The position numbers were made by a program, and so were the translations under genes. Shown one piece after another: positions 9,581 through 22,510 of a stretch of 64,000 bases of DNA. Numbering within the stretch: the first letter of the stretch is position 1; every line of letters starts with the position of its first letter. The notes beneath the pieces were generated by a model. That model saw only the letters and a program-made list of their open reading frames with translations. It was not told the DNA's origin and made no database searches. The stretch is from Diplonema japonicum (taxonomy: Eukaryota > Protista > Euglenozoa: Diplonemea), in assembly GCA_964019335.1 (NCBI GenBank), contig OZ025748.1:1-64000 (forward strand). The letters are read 5' to 3'.

Positions 9581-10290
9581 GTCCTTGTTGTCTCTGATGG
9601 TCTGGTGTTGTTGGGTCGTTGCTGTCCAGGAGGAAAGCGATTCTCGTCTTGATGATCCTTTCTATAAGCTTGCAGAGGTTGCTTGTGAGGTTGATGGGGC
9701 AGTAGCTCCCCTTTTCCGTTGGGTCCTTTGTTGGCTTCTGGAGCGGCTTCGTTAGTGCCTTGTGCCACTTTGGTAGGACGGTTGTGCTGTTCCATGAGAG
9801 GTTAATTGTGTGGAGGAGGGCTGCTCTGGCCATTGGCCCTAATTGCAGCAACATCTCATTGTGGATGAGGTCGATTCCAGGGCTTTTGTGCATCTTCAGT
9901 TGTGACATTGCATGTGCCAACTCGTGCTCGTTAAATTTCATTTCCGATGCACTTGTTGCCTCTGGCGTCGCATCTGTTGTTGCTTTCTCAGACCGCCCGT
10001 TACAGGTCTTACACACATCTGCATAATGTTTCCCGAGTACGTTGGCTTGCTCCATTGCTGCGAAGATCGCTTTGTTGCCTTCAATCAGCTTGCAGCTCCT
10101 GTTCTTTCCTTCGACCCTTCCATCCATCACCTTGATGCGGCTGTAAATTCGTCCCAGCCCCTCCTGTGTCATCCCTTCCACCTCCTTCTTCCACAGTGCT
10201 TCCTTCCGCTCGTCCACTAGTTTTTGCACCTTCTCCCTTTGCTCCTTCGCCTTCTTGACCTCTTTGTCAGTCACCTCTTCCTTCTTCCTC
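9581..10290 (-). pseudogene. Non-LTR (ingi/I/R1-like) RT N-terminal fragment
   Basis: ELAHAMSQLKMHKSPGIDLIHNEML...W...KPLQKP.KDP....SYCPINLTSNLCKLIERII...QQG, cut off at the QxG motif by the MITE TIR. Confidence 0.85.
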
Positions 10291-11217
10291 TGCAATTGTT
10301 GTGGGAATGAGGCACCCAAAGCCAAACACAAGAGAGCACACCAAAGTGGCTGTCCCTGCTGTTTCCCCCCCAAGAAACTACAGGGAAAATGTCTTATCAG
10401 GATAGACATAACGAAGACCAAGAAGAACAAAATAGCAATTCCTTTGCACGAAAGTGACACCTATCGTCAGTCCAGAGTATCTACTCCATCTTTTCTATTT
10501 TTTTTCTGTGCCCATGCTACTGTGGAACAATTCCAACAGTAAGGCCAGCCTTATTTCGTGTGACATGGTCAAGCCTCATGCCTCTGACCAATTAGCACTG
10601 TGTGGTGTCTTGTTGGCTATTAAACCAACCAGAAAGCAGAAGTCCTGCTAAAAGTTCCCCTTTACACACTACATCACAAACTAGTGCAGCACAGTCGTTG
10701 CCACTGAGCTTCTCAAGAACCTCTGTGGTGGGTGTCCTGATCGCCAGTCAATTGGCCTCATTTTGGGGTTTTTTTTTTTGAAACGATGCCATATCTTTTT
10801 CAATGTAACCAGTAGGCCCCAATGCACACAACTGCATGGCATTGCGACAGAGGGACTCGTGCTGGAAACAGCTGAGTTACAGCTAATGATGGTGGAGATG
10901 GTAACTTGCAACTCGCCTTTGCACAAAAGAAGACAATGGACTTCAGTGTTCACTTGTGGAACAGGCCCTTCGAGAAGGGGTGTTTGCTCAAGCCGCGGTC
11001 ACTGAGGTGGTACTACGACAACGGTTTGAGGCAACAGTACCTCCAGCGGCTGTTCCCACACGTCATCCGGCTCTCTGCCCTTCACTGGGGCACAACACTT
11101 CAGGCGTCCTGCCACACACCGCAGGTACCCTTAAATACCCTTTTTTTTCTTTTTTTTTCTGCTTCGGTTTTTTCCCTCCTGCTTCTTCTCTGTGCAACAA
11201 TCACACAGGTAACATGC

Positions 11218-13200
11218 ATGGCAAGCGTTCTGGTGTATGCAGTAGCAAGCTCAATAGCAATTAGTTATGGTAGTGAAGTGTCTCTGGGATATAACAAGTG
11301 TTTGAACCACCAGGGATGGTGTCAATGCCCTGGGCAGAGTGCGCTGACAGCATTGTTCAGGTCTTCCTGTGAGCTACTCGAGTGCATTGACAATATGAGG
11401 TGTGCCGACCTAGCAGGTGGTGCTACAAGGACAGGGTGCATGACTGTTGATACTGTCTGGGACTCAACAGAGTGGTTGTCATGTCCTGCAAATACCTTTA
11501 TCACAGGCATTTACCGCGGGACATGTAATTCGTTGAATTGTATTGATAAATTGGAATGCTGCACCTTTGATGTCCCTAGCAACACACGCGTAGTCACAGG
11601 AACCGAAGACTGGATGACCTGCTTTGACAACAGAGCATGGTGTGTCATACCTCCCGATTCCTTTATATCAGGATTTTATCGTTCTTCGTGTTCAAGCATA
11701 AGGTGCTTGGAAAAGGTGTCCGTAGGACGCTTCATTGACCCTTCGCAGGCTCCACCCACTCTCGCACCCCCAACCCCCGCACCACGCACGCCGTTCCCTT
11801 CTACATCTGCACCAGCTACACCTGCGCCTTTCACGCCTTCACCTTCTACGATTACTCCGGATACATCTTCTCCCGATACATCAGCTCCTTGGACAACTGT
11901 ACCTTCAACCTCAGCACCCTTGACACTTCATCCCGTCACCCTTCCTCTCACAACAGCACCTATCACTGCGTCGCCTTCAATGCCATCAGTATTGCCTGCC
12001 TCTGTAGAACCTGTGGCTTCTCCAAATGCTGTTCAATCCACTCCACCAGCGCCTGTGCAAACATCTGTAGGCATGGATACTGCTGGGAGCATCGCATCAG
12101 GTGCCTCCCTGCTTGGAAACCCTGGTGCGGCTGCAGCAGCTTCGCGCCTCGTTCTTATTAAAGAGGGATGCCATGATGCAGCAACGAGGTTCCCTCCTCC
12201 CTTGCACCCGACACGCTTCACGGTACAGAGTAGTGAGGCAGCAGGAGCCGTTCTGGGGAATATAGGTATTGTTGTGGCTATGACGGCGCTCTGGACCGCA
12301 GTGGCCTACGCAGCAACGTATGCAGCACCGCAATGGTTCGAAGGCATCGATCTGTTGGGATGGCTGAGGTTGCCAACAGTACCGCTTGTCTTAATTCAAA
12401 CACTGTACCAGGGGACGGCTTTGGGCGCGGTAGAGCTTGTGATTCACCCCGAGTCCGTCGGACAATGGATGCTGGGAGCGGTTGCCTTAGTGATGTGCTC
12501 GTGTGTTCCAGTCGCTGTGTTCGTGGTCACGGTGCATGGTGTACCTGAAAAAGCAAGACTGGCTTTTGATACTCAATGCAGCGGTGTGGTACGGGGGTTC
12601 TTACTGGGTAACGGGGAATGGGTTAGCTTGCGTAAGACACACCACTGGGTAAACAGATACACCTCGGTGATAAGGCCTTGGCGGCAAGAGGTGGCGTGGT
12701 TCAGCACAGTGGAATTTGTATCAATGCTAGCACTGGCCTTCATTGGGTCAGTGCGTGCAGACACATCTGTGGAGTGCGGTCACATAAAGGGGAGCATGGC
12801 TTTGGTGTCCTCGGCAACAGGTTTTGCCGAGGGCTTGATGTGGCCGCATGCCAAGCAGCGGGATAGCGCATTTGACTTCATCACGTTGAGCTTGCAAGCA
12901 ATGGGACTGTTCTTGATGGCAATTGGGTACTACTGTGGGGTCTCGAGCAGCCACTCTCTCTTCTCCACATCTCAAGACATATTGTTTGCAGCCATTGTGG
13001 TGGTCCTTATCCGAGTAGGCTTTGACATAATCTCAGAAGTGTATGTCCTGGTGACGGGGAGGAGAAAGCGTCTCCAGAACCTGGAGTGGAACAAGGTACC
13101 TTTCTTCGTAACCCCTCTTTTGCTGCTGCCGTTCCCCGAGCCAACAGCACCTTCTGCACAGGCAGAAGACGGCGACGCATTAGATAGGTTCGTACTCTAG
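11218..13200 (+). CDS. Predicted surface protein: signal peptide, three Cys/Trp-rich repeats, Pro/Thr/Ser stalk, multipass membrane domain; 3' exon structure uncertain
   Basis: ATG at 11218 in ORF 10906-13200. Repeats of the form W..C....FITG.YR..C..L.CI....C. Stalk APPTLAPPTPAP. Seven or more hydrophobic helices. Probable intron at 13096-13161. Confidence 0.75.
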   Translation: MASVLVYAVASSIAISYGSEVSLGYNKCLNHQGWCQCPGQSALTALFRSSCELLECIDNMRCADLAGGATRTGCMTVDTVWDSTEWLSCPANTFITGIYRGTCNSLNCIDKLECCTFDVPSNTRVVTGTEDWMTCFDNRAWCVIPPDSFISGFYRSSCSSIRCLEKVSVGRFIDPSQAPPTLAPPTPAPRTPFPSTSAPATPAPFTPSPSTITPDTSSPDTSAPWTTVPSTSAPLTLHPVTLPLTTAPITASPSMPSVLPASVEPVASPNAVQSTPPAPVQTSVGMDTAGSIASGASLLGNPGAAAAASRLVLIKEGCHDAATRFPPPLHPTRFTVQSSEAAGAVLGNIGIVVAMTALWTAVAYAATYAAPQWFEGIDLLGWLRLPTVPLVLIQTLYQGTALGAVELVIHPESVGQWMLGAVALVMCSCVPVAVFVVTVHGVPEKARLAFDTQCSGVVRGFLLGNGEWVSLRKTHHWVNRYTSVIRPWRQEVAWFSTVEFVSMLALAFIGSVRADTSVECGHIKGSMALVSSATGFAEGLMWPHAKQRDSAFDFITLSLQAMGLFLMAIGYYCGVSSSHSLFSTSQDILFAAIVVVLIRVGFDIISEVYVLVTGRRKRLQNLEWNKVPFFVTPLLLLPFPEPTAPSAQAEDGDALDRFVL

Positions 13201-14053
13201 ACCGGTCAACCCCAACCCACCCCATTCACGATGCTTTTGGGTACAGTTCTTTTCCTACGTTTCTTCTTCTTCTCCTCCCCTTTAACAAACACTGATTAGA
13301 ACACTATCCCCTTGTTCACCTATGTGCGGTGGCCTGCAGTGAGATCCATGATCTCTCGCTGCGGGATGTCCACTTCTAGTAGTAATTCAACACGATGTGG
13401 CTTTTCTTTTCTTCTTGTTTCCAATCCCTCTTCCTCCAAGGGTAGCAGCGGCTGTGGCATTTTTCACCCTTTTGAGTTTTTCTTTGATTCTCTGTCATAG
13501 TTTCTGAACATACGTGACCTCCTAGGGTTCCTTGAGGAATAGTCAAAACTTTTCGGTGCGACGTGCAAATAATTGTCATATGAGAGCGGCGGGCGTCCAC
13601 CGTAGTACCTCACAGTGTCCTGTTGAGGGGGTTCTGGAAAACCCCATTATTTTGGCAAGAACCCCCCCCTTTTTTTTAAACTTTATACGAATCTTATTTC
13701 CCTTTCCCATTTCCTCTTCTAAGCAAAATTCGAAGGTGGCTATTCTTTCGTGTTACAAATATTTAACTTCAAAAAAAAAAAGAAAAAAAATTGCTTTCTT
13801 ATTACCTTATGCAACTTGTGCCGAGCAACTTTTGCAGCTTTTTGAAATCTTTGCGAACAACAAAGACATAAGTCATAAAGAATATTTCTTTTTAATTTTT
13901 ACTTCTCAAAAAAGTATAGAAAAAAAGGAAAGAAAGAAAAGTACCCCCCCCCCCCCCCCCATCCCCTCTCACGTTCGCTGGTTTTGGTTCTGCAGAATAT
14001 GAAAAACAAGAACCTGAAATGCATGGAGCGGTCAGGAAGGCTCAGTAAAAGTC

Positions 14054-14096
<43 letters not shown>

Positions 14097-14883
14097 CGGA
14101 AAAGTAGTTCCAGCAACAGTGGTTCAAAACTAGCTCTGTTTTGGCTTGGCTTGGCAACTTTTTACTGCAGTGTAGTTTTGCATAAAGGGCTCTTCTTTCC
14201 AGGGCAAAAAAAAAAAAAAAAAAAAAAAAAAAACAAACAAACCAGTGCCCAGTGAGTAAAAATAAACGCCAGATGCGTTTGTATTTTGTTTGTTTTTTTC
14301 CTTGCCTAAGGCACTACCACGACAGAAGGGATCAAACACTAGATGAGTTGGCTGTCGTTAGGCGATCCTGTCACATACTGCAGGTTCCCTCAAAGACATC
14401 TTTTTTTTTAATTTTTTTTATGTTCCTTCATCTTTATGTCGACACTACCGAGACAAAAGCTGTCGCGAGTCTCCATTTGACGGCCTCCTGTCGAGCCTTT
14501 AATGTGTGATCTTGTTCAACGCTATGAACATAGATAAAAAAACCATAAAGAAACAAAAAGAAGAAGAAGAAGAAAAAAAAAAATTAGAACGAAAAAAAAA
14601 AAAAGGAGGGGAATTTCTGAATTTAGCGGAAGATATCGCTTCTTTCATCCTCCTCTGTTTGTTGTTGTTTTTGCTTTTTTTTTTTTTTCATTTCTATTTT
14701 CTCCCCTCTTATTTCTTCCTCTCACCCATCTAATTCAACCCTTCTCCCCTGCTCTAAAGTAGTTTCCTGGGGTGTTGCAATTTAAAGCACCCTCCCTTTC
14801 CCCATATTTCGTAACCACAGACTCATTATAGGGACAACGAATAGATGTTCTGAAGGTGCGGCTAGGTTTGAGCATCTTGCACG

Positions 14884-17800
14884 ATGTCGTTTGACTTTGT
14901 GGCGCTGGGTGATGTAGATAAAATCTTAGATGGCCTAGACAGCGCAGGGAAGCAAGGAAAGGGAAGGTCCGCCCACGAGGAAGAAGCGTCCAGAAAAGAG
15001 AAAGAACCTGCGGCGTTCACAGCCAAACCGTGGTCGCCCAGAAGCCCCGTCATCCAGCCCACACTACAGTACACAACATACCAAAACTATGCTGAAAAGC
15101 TTCTTCAGCCTAAAAAGCTAGGCACACCGTTAGTTCAGCGGCTCGTTTCGGCCACAGGCACGGGGTGTTGCTACGTTGTGCAATCGAGAGACCCTCGTGA
15201 ACGCGACAAGAACATCAAAGGGAAGGGTGGCGTTTGGAGCACCAACACAGCACGAGAGAAAAGCGCTGAATGCACACTTCAAATTAACCAAAAGCTGCAC
15301 TGCATCACACCTCCCAAAGACGGTGGGTATGAACAGGGGGCGAAGCTCTTCTACGATGCAAAGGTGCATGTCCTCACTGACAACGCAGTGCCAACTATCA
15401 CCACCTGCGACATCCTCGGGGGACAGCACCCACAGACAGGAATGAGCGCCATCAAGACTGTCCCTTGCTTCGACGGTACTGAGGTTATTCAAGGCGAGGG
15501 CCCCAAGGGCGTCACATTACATAAACAGAGCTTCACCATCGACGGAAGGCACATAGCACCCTTCATCAAGTTGGTGTTTAAAGGCAAGCGGTCGGACTTC
15601 GCCCCCGCGGCCAGCACCCACCGCATAGTGTTCCTCACCATCGTTAGAGGGTCCACCTACCATACCGTGCTTCCGGAGAAACCAAAATCCGTTCCTGAGC
15701 CTTTTCTGCAGCTCACGCCGCAGAAGCCTACTTTAGATATGGCCTTCACCCCTCGCGAGAGCCCTGCGCTCAAGCCAGTGACCCCAAGCAGAACGGCTCA
15801 GCAAGGAACGCAAAAAACGCCACTGAAACCTACTCCCCTGCGGCTCAATCCCGACACATCTTTCGATCCCCACCAGCGTGCCATTGCAGCAGTGCACTCT
15901 GCACACGCACGGTACCGCGAGAAGAGTAAGTCCGTGTCGCCTTTTCACTCACAACACACCGAGTCCGACCTTGGTGTCGCTACACCGGAACGTGTTTCTG
16001 ATTCCAGTCACAGTCCGGACCCGGCACCTCACATCCTTGAAGGCACCTTTGAGAACATGGCTGACGATTTGGGATATAACTTGGAGCACTTCGAACCTAC
16101 CTACCCTAGCGAACAGGATGGTGTGCCTGAGCACAGATACATGGAACCCCATAGCGAGATATATATACCTGTGCAGCCACCCCAGGCCCAGCCCCACCCC
16201 CAACAAGAGCACAGCTACTATCAGCAGAATCAAAAGCTGCAAGAGCATCACCCCGAGAATGCCGAGGCGCACCACCACCACCACCAGCATCTACAACACC
16301 AAAACCAGCATCTTCACAAACGACAAAAAGAGAGCGAAGAAGAGCACGTTCAGCTACAGCAGGAAGAACACCTAAAATACAAGCAGCTACAACAGCAACA
16401 GCAACAGCAACAGCAACAACAACAGCAACAATTGCGGCAACAGCAAGAACAAGAAGAACAACAACTACAACAACTGCAACAACAACAACAACAACAGCAA
16501 CAACAACGGCAACAACAACAACAACAGCAACAACACCACCGACATCCGCAACCTCGGCCTCTACCGCAGCCACATCAACTTCCACAACCCCTGCACGACC
16601 AGCCGCGTCGCTACGAGCCGTCACCCTCTCCCACTCAAGATATTAAAAACATCTTCGGGCACCCTACGCAGTCAAAACAAGCAGAACATGACACACGCTG
16701 TGATGCGGAGCGTTATGAGCACCAGAGTCCATCTAGAGCCAGTCCCGTGGGCCGTGTGATGACATCACGTCAGAGGGAGGAACAGATACAGGATGTAGAA
16801 AGAGAGTTGCAAAAACTGCAGCAACTGGCGTCGGCTGCAGAAAGTGCTTTCACGAGTGTAGCACATTCTCCGCCTAAAAGCTGTGAACGCCCACCCACCG
16901 TGCCGATGACGAATAGATCACACAGGAATGGTCAGCACGATGGATCCTCTCCCTCGGCGCCGTCAGTTAGGGCTAGCCCTCGCGTCAATTCCTACAGCGC
17001 CTCAACTCCCAAAACCCCGCGCAGAAGCTACAGCCTGCCAAGTCCTAGTCCTGAGACACAGATGCTGCAGCAACAAATTGCAAGTTTGCAAAAGCAGCTC
17101 ACCGACCAGCAACAGATGTTGCAACAGCAACAACATCAAGTACAGCCACAGCAACTGCTACCACAGCAGCAACTACCACAACAGCAGCAACCGCAACTAC
17201 AACAGCCGCAAGAGTATCATAACGTAGGCAGTGCGACCCCGAGCACAATAGGGATACCCACAAGCCGCAGCGTCTCACCTGCATTTTCACATCACTTCGT
17301 CCCAATGGCCATGCCTGTGACGAGTGGCATGGGAGTGCATAGTATGGGCGTGCCCCTTGCACCTGTGACACCCATCCTAGCACCTATGCCAAATGAAGGT
17401 GCGGAACACTTCGACTACCGCAAACACACCCCGGGTGTGCCAAAGGAGGTTGCTGAGCTGAAGGACCAAATGGCACAACAAGACCAATTCCTAAAAATAA
17501 CGAGAGAACAGCTGAAAAAGCAAGAGGAAGACACAAACATCCTATTTGTGCGACAGGTATAATACGAGCGTCATGCCACAGCACAAACAGGTGATGCAGC
17601 AAGAGGAAGCAAAGCGGCAGCGCAAGAAGGATGATGTACGACAAAAACAGTACCAAGGAAAGCTGGCAGAGCTGCATGGGAGGTATGACGAACGGATAAT
17701 AATAACAAATACAGGGTGACTGAGCTCATACCTGCTGTGCCTATGTCGGCGACAGAACCCGTGAAGCAACAGGTATTGTCACCAACAGCAGCTTACACTA

Positions 17801-19544
17801 ATCAGACGATGCCACGTTTGCAAGAAAGGCCTCTCGAACAGCGTGCAGCGGACTTGGCAGACAAGAAACTTGCAAGGGTGCATCTGCTTGACACGACGAT
17901 CGTCACCCCAACGGAGGTAGCACCGTCGCCAGTGCGAAACACCGACAAAGTGAGCCCTAATGAGTCAGAACGGAGGAAACAGGAAGAGAAGAATCTGCAG
18001 CTTGAAATTGAAAAGAAAATAGAAGCACGTGCCGAGGAACTCGCACAGCAAAGGGTTGAGGCTATCCTCAAGGAGCAGAAGAAGCAACAACACAAGAAAA
18101 TCACTCCAACTAAAAGTACACCTGGGCACGACACAGTTCTTAGCGAAGCACCTTCGCCCATAATACAGAAGTCGAGCACACCGATGAAGATAGGCCCCCC
18201 CAACACGCTGCAGACAGTGGCGTCCACCCTGGCAGTGCTCAACGTCCTGCGTGACGTGCTGCAAGCAAAGGGCGACCTCAGCCTTTTAAAGCACCGTGTG
18301 GCCTTCAACCCGTACTGCAACTTCGACACGCTGAACACAGTGCTGCGGATGAACAACTACTCGGTGTTTGTGTTTACGAACCAGTACTACCTGAAGACTC
18401 TGGATGACATGTGTGGCACGCACCACCAGAACCAAGCGCAGCTGAGGGAGAGCACGTGGGAGGCATTGATCTCCACTGTACCTCTGCGGATCAAAGCTGT
18501 GACTCGCGTCAACGAGGTGGCAGTGCTGTGCAAGGCAGTAGTGCCACAGGATGATTCAAGCCCCCGCGGCAGCAGAAGCAGCGATTTAACTGCAGTAAAA
18601 TACTTCATACTCTTCCACAGCGGTGTTGAGACAGCCGTGCATGCCTTGAGACAGGTCTCTGTCCAGTTCCCATGGTTCCACCTGCACTGCTTGCTTGATT
18701 TTGAAGAACGTGTTTACGATCACCTTGTAAAGGACGTCGTCTCCATGGCACCTGTGTATGCGTTGCTTGTACCATTAACTCTTTTTACAGCGATAATGAA
18801 GACGCGGGACCGCACGACGATGACACCCCGACTAACGGGCTTGTGTATTACACCGACCTCACCCAGCAGCATCCTGTGCTTGCTTTCTTCCAGGGAAACA
18901 AGGTGCTGAGCTCCTTCATTTGGGACGACCTGATATACTCCGGGCACTTTGACAACAGGTGTGCGCAAGAAAAAAAAAGCGAAAAAGAAACCCCATCAAC
19001 TTCACACCACAGTGGTTTTTTGAAGCTGAATATCCGCAGGCACACCCCCACGTTGTACCACTGGCGGCGGAGCGGGACACCAGGGTCGGCGTCGATAGAG
19101 GTGCTGCTGGCGCATAATAATATTGGAGCGCATTTGTTCACAGAGTACTTTGATGGAGTGGTGGTGGCGCAGAAGACAGAGGCGATGCTGAGGCAGCTGC
19201 TGAAAGAGGAACAGCTAAGGGAGGTGCGGGAAAAAATGAAAGTGGTGGAGGAGTCCTTTTTCACGAATGACGTGGGAGCTAGCACGCTGAGGTTCCTGGA
19301 GTTGTGCAACACACATAGATGGAGCCATGTGGCAACAACCCTCCATTGTGATGATGATGCCTTTATGGATGCGGTTTACGAGTGGCGCAAACCGTACCCC
19401 AACGTTGTCACTATCTTCTACACCAACAAAGCTGACGTGCTGTTCATCAAGGATGGCTTCAGGGATGTTACAGCTGCCAAGGTTGGCAACACCCTCCTCC
19501 ACACGATACGTAGTTTGACGGATGGCGTCGCACCCGCGCCGTGA
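14884..19544 (+). CDS. Large Gln/Pro-rich coiled-coil hypothetical protein, four predicted introns
   Basis: ORFs 14884, 17716 and 18843 join in frame through GT-AG introns 17557-17590, 17683-17714 and 18756-18790. A probable in-frame intron lies at 18959-19012. Confidence 0.75.
16381..16535 (+). repeat. CAA/CAG poly-glutamine microsatellite within the CDS
   Basis: Read directly from the sequence. Confidence 0.9.
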
Positions 19545-20282
19545 CATAGATTTTATTTTAGAGTTATTTTTACCCCCTCACCCCATCTTCTTTAAACCCC
19601 CCTAGATTTTATATTTGGCAAAAAAAAAACTTTTTTAAAAAGGTGCCTTTAGGTGCCATGAGAGTAGTGTTGTATAATCATAAGGGGTTCCGCGTGGAGC
19701 ACCCCTCTTTTTTTTTTTCTTTCTCTTTCTTCGTTTGTATCTTCTTTCTCTTAGGGTGCGGTCCTCTTAGGGATTTGCCCTTAACCATCGCCTTTTTCTT
19801 CTTTCAGAAAAGTCAGAAGAGATGGAAGGATACTGACGAGGGAAGAAAGAATCTTTTAAAAAAAAAAGCAGGTGTTGCTCCCCCGGTTCCTGTCTGAGGA
19901 TGTATTTCCAATACGTTGCCCAATGCTTCTTCCTTTTTTTTTTTCTTCTTCTTCCTTGCTTTGGTTTACTCATGGGTTGGTAGACACGTGGCCAGAGCTC
20001 CCCCTCTTTTTTTTTGTCTCGAGGTTTCGGGGTTGCACTTTTGACCCCTCCCTTCAGGCTTTATAGAATCCCTTCTCCACTCGATTCCAAGATTTTTCTT
20101 CTTTTTTTTGTGAGTTTCTTTTCCCAATTTTTTTCTTTCCTGCACTCTAACCTATATTATCGCAATAGGCACAAAAAGAAGACGAAAAACCGGACAAAAC
20201 GGAATGTTTGCGAGGTGAGGTGGTTCTCACAAGAAAGAAGAAAACAAATTTGAGCAGCCCCCCCCCCCCCCCCCCCTGTTAA

Positions 20283-22069
20283 ATGCTTGCGATGCGGCAG
20301 GCAAGCGAAAAAACATTGTTAGTCGTGTTCCTGCTTCTCGTGCTGTACCCTGTGATCCATGACCAGCTTGCTTCTAAGGAGAACGTGATCAGCGCGGAAC
20401 CTTACATAGCGCGTTTAGAGGCCGACATGGCTGCCATGAAGAACAGCTTGAAGCAGAAACTGTCGGGCTCGTCCCGTTCGGCAGCACCGCATCCTGAAGA
20501 TTGGGACGCCCCGCTGTGGGAAGGCGAGTTCTTTTCATGGACCGACTCCTTATCACTGCGCGATCCCAAGCTCGAGAACCGGCCTTCTTTGGTTGTGTTA
20601 GTTACGGCACTTTTGAGGACAGTCCTGCAGAAGGAGGCCAAATTCTGGGGGAGAAATCCATGGGGAGGCATCAGGGTGCACATCGCACCCTTACATGGTG
20701 GGAAGCTAGGCGACAAACGGAAGTCATGGGTGCCTCTGCAATGGACCACGCAAACAGTCCACACCACGAACGCCACCGACTTCACCACTGTTATGCAATT
20801 CACTTCACTGACCCCAACCACTGTCTACGCCTATGTCATCCTCTTACAGATCAATGGCACATGGCACACTCATTACGAGGCTACCTTCAAGACCTTCCCC
20901 GAGGCGGGTACCCTGTTCTCATCTCCTTTGGTGTTCGGGTTCGGTTCGTGTATCACGCCCAACAATCGGGGCACCGCAACAGGAGCCTCGCTGAGGCTGC
21001 TGTCAAGCTGGGGGAACGCATTACAGTTCTTTCTGTTCATAGGGGACTTCATCTACTTCTGGGACGAACTCCCCCACACGACCGACGAGTACAACAGGTA
21101 CTACTACAGACGGCTCATGACACGCGAAGTGGTGAACGCCATGCGAGCCCACCCGTGGATGTTTCAGTTCGACGACCACGAAGTTCACAACGACTACTCA
21201 TCGGGAGGGGACCCTTCTACACACCCTTACCATGCCCCCGCCATGGTTGCGTGGGACAACATGATAGCCAGGGCCAACCCTACTCCAAACCCACCCTTCA
21301 CAGTGCCTGCTGTTGACATGCCGTATGTCAGGTGGTACACATATTCGCATGGAAATGCGCACTTTTTCGTAGCAGACGTCAGGTCGTTCAAAGTGCACAC
21401 GAAGGACCTCACAGGGCAGCTGTTGGGTGAGCACCAGATGAGGGGCCTCAAGCACTGGTTGTCAACAATGTGTAGGAAGGACACACTGTCGTGGTGTTTC
21501 TTTGTATCGCCGACTATCTTCACCCACGGTTCCTACCGGACTGACCTCTGGTTCGGGAATATGAAGGAGCAGAATGAGGTTGTGAAGCTGATGACTGCCC
21601 CTGGTGTGTGTCCTGTGTCCATTTTATCGGGAGACAGCCACATGGCAGGGGCATATGAGGTTGCGCCCTCGGTGCACGAGTTCACCTGTAGTCCAGTTGA
21701 TGCGTTTGGTTTGTTCTACCCCTGGGCTGTACCGCCTCGCTTTGCAAAGTTCAAAAAAGGAAAGCGTCCGAAAAATTTCGACTGGAGCTGGCCTAAACTG
21801 GGGGACCTTGCACCCCCGAAAGCATTTTTCCAACACATCCCTAGACACCTGGCCCCCGCAGGGTTCAATTGCATCATTGAAATGAACAACACAATCAAGG
21901 GGAACGAGGTTACGGTATGGCAAATAAAAAAAAAAAAGAAAAGAAGAAAAAAAAAAAAAACCCCCCCGACCGACAGGTGAACGTGAGGTTTGATTTAATT
22001 GACGGACATGCAAAAGGAGGGCGGCTGTTACACACGCACCACCAGGCGTATTCGGCTAAACTCAAATAA
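20283..22069 (+). CDS. phoD: PhoD-family alkaline phosphatase D with N-terminal membrane anchor; intron 21915-21976
   Basis: FGFGSC, IGDFIY, DDHEVHND, ADVRSF, LLGEHQ...WL, LSGDSH. Splicing restores the C-terminus VNVRFDLIDG...AKLK*. Confidence 0.85.
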
Positions 22070-22510
22070 CAATGGGGATATGGGGAAGAAGCAACTTTTT
22101 AATCTATGGTCGGATAACAGAGATGACAGAATTTGAGGAAGAAGAAAAAAAAAGGTTTTACTTCTTTTCCCTTATTTCTTGGGAGAAAGTTTTTTAGAGG
22201 CTTATCCCCCCGTCTGTAGATTGTCAAAAGAAAAAAGGTTTAAAAACCACCTTAAAACCCAGACGCAAAAACGAGAAAAAAAAATTATCTTGGTCTCTTA
22301 AAATTACTTTTCCTCCCTTCTTGGTCTTTCTCCGCTCGTAGCACACGACGCCAATCACCTTACCGCAAGTTTAATTGGTATTTTACCTCCTTTTCTCCAA
22401 TTTTTAATTTCCTTTTTCTTTTCTCTCTTTTTTTTTTTTTTTTTTTTTTTGTATTTGTTGATTGTTTTAAAATTGGGTCGTTCGCACGCCCGCAGTGTCT
22501 GAGGGACGAT

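Noticed and set aside
10300-11110. Possible upstream gene fragment, and the N-terminal extension of ORF 10906
   Set aside because: No coherent frame or recognisable motif; the signal-peptide ATG at 11218 is a better start.
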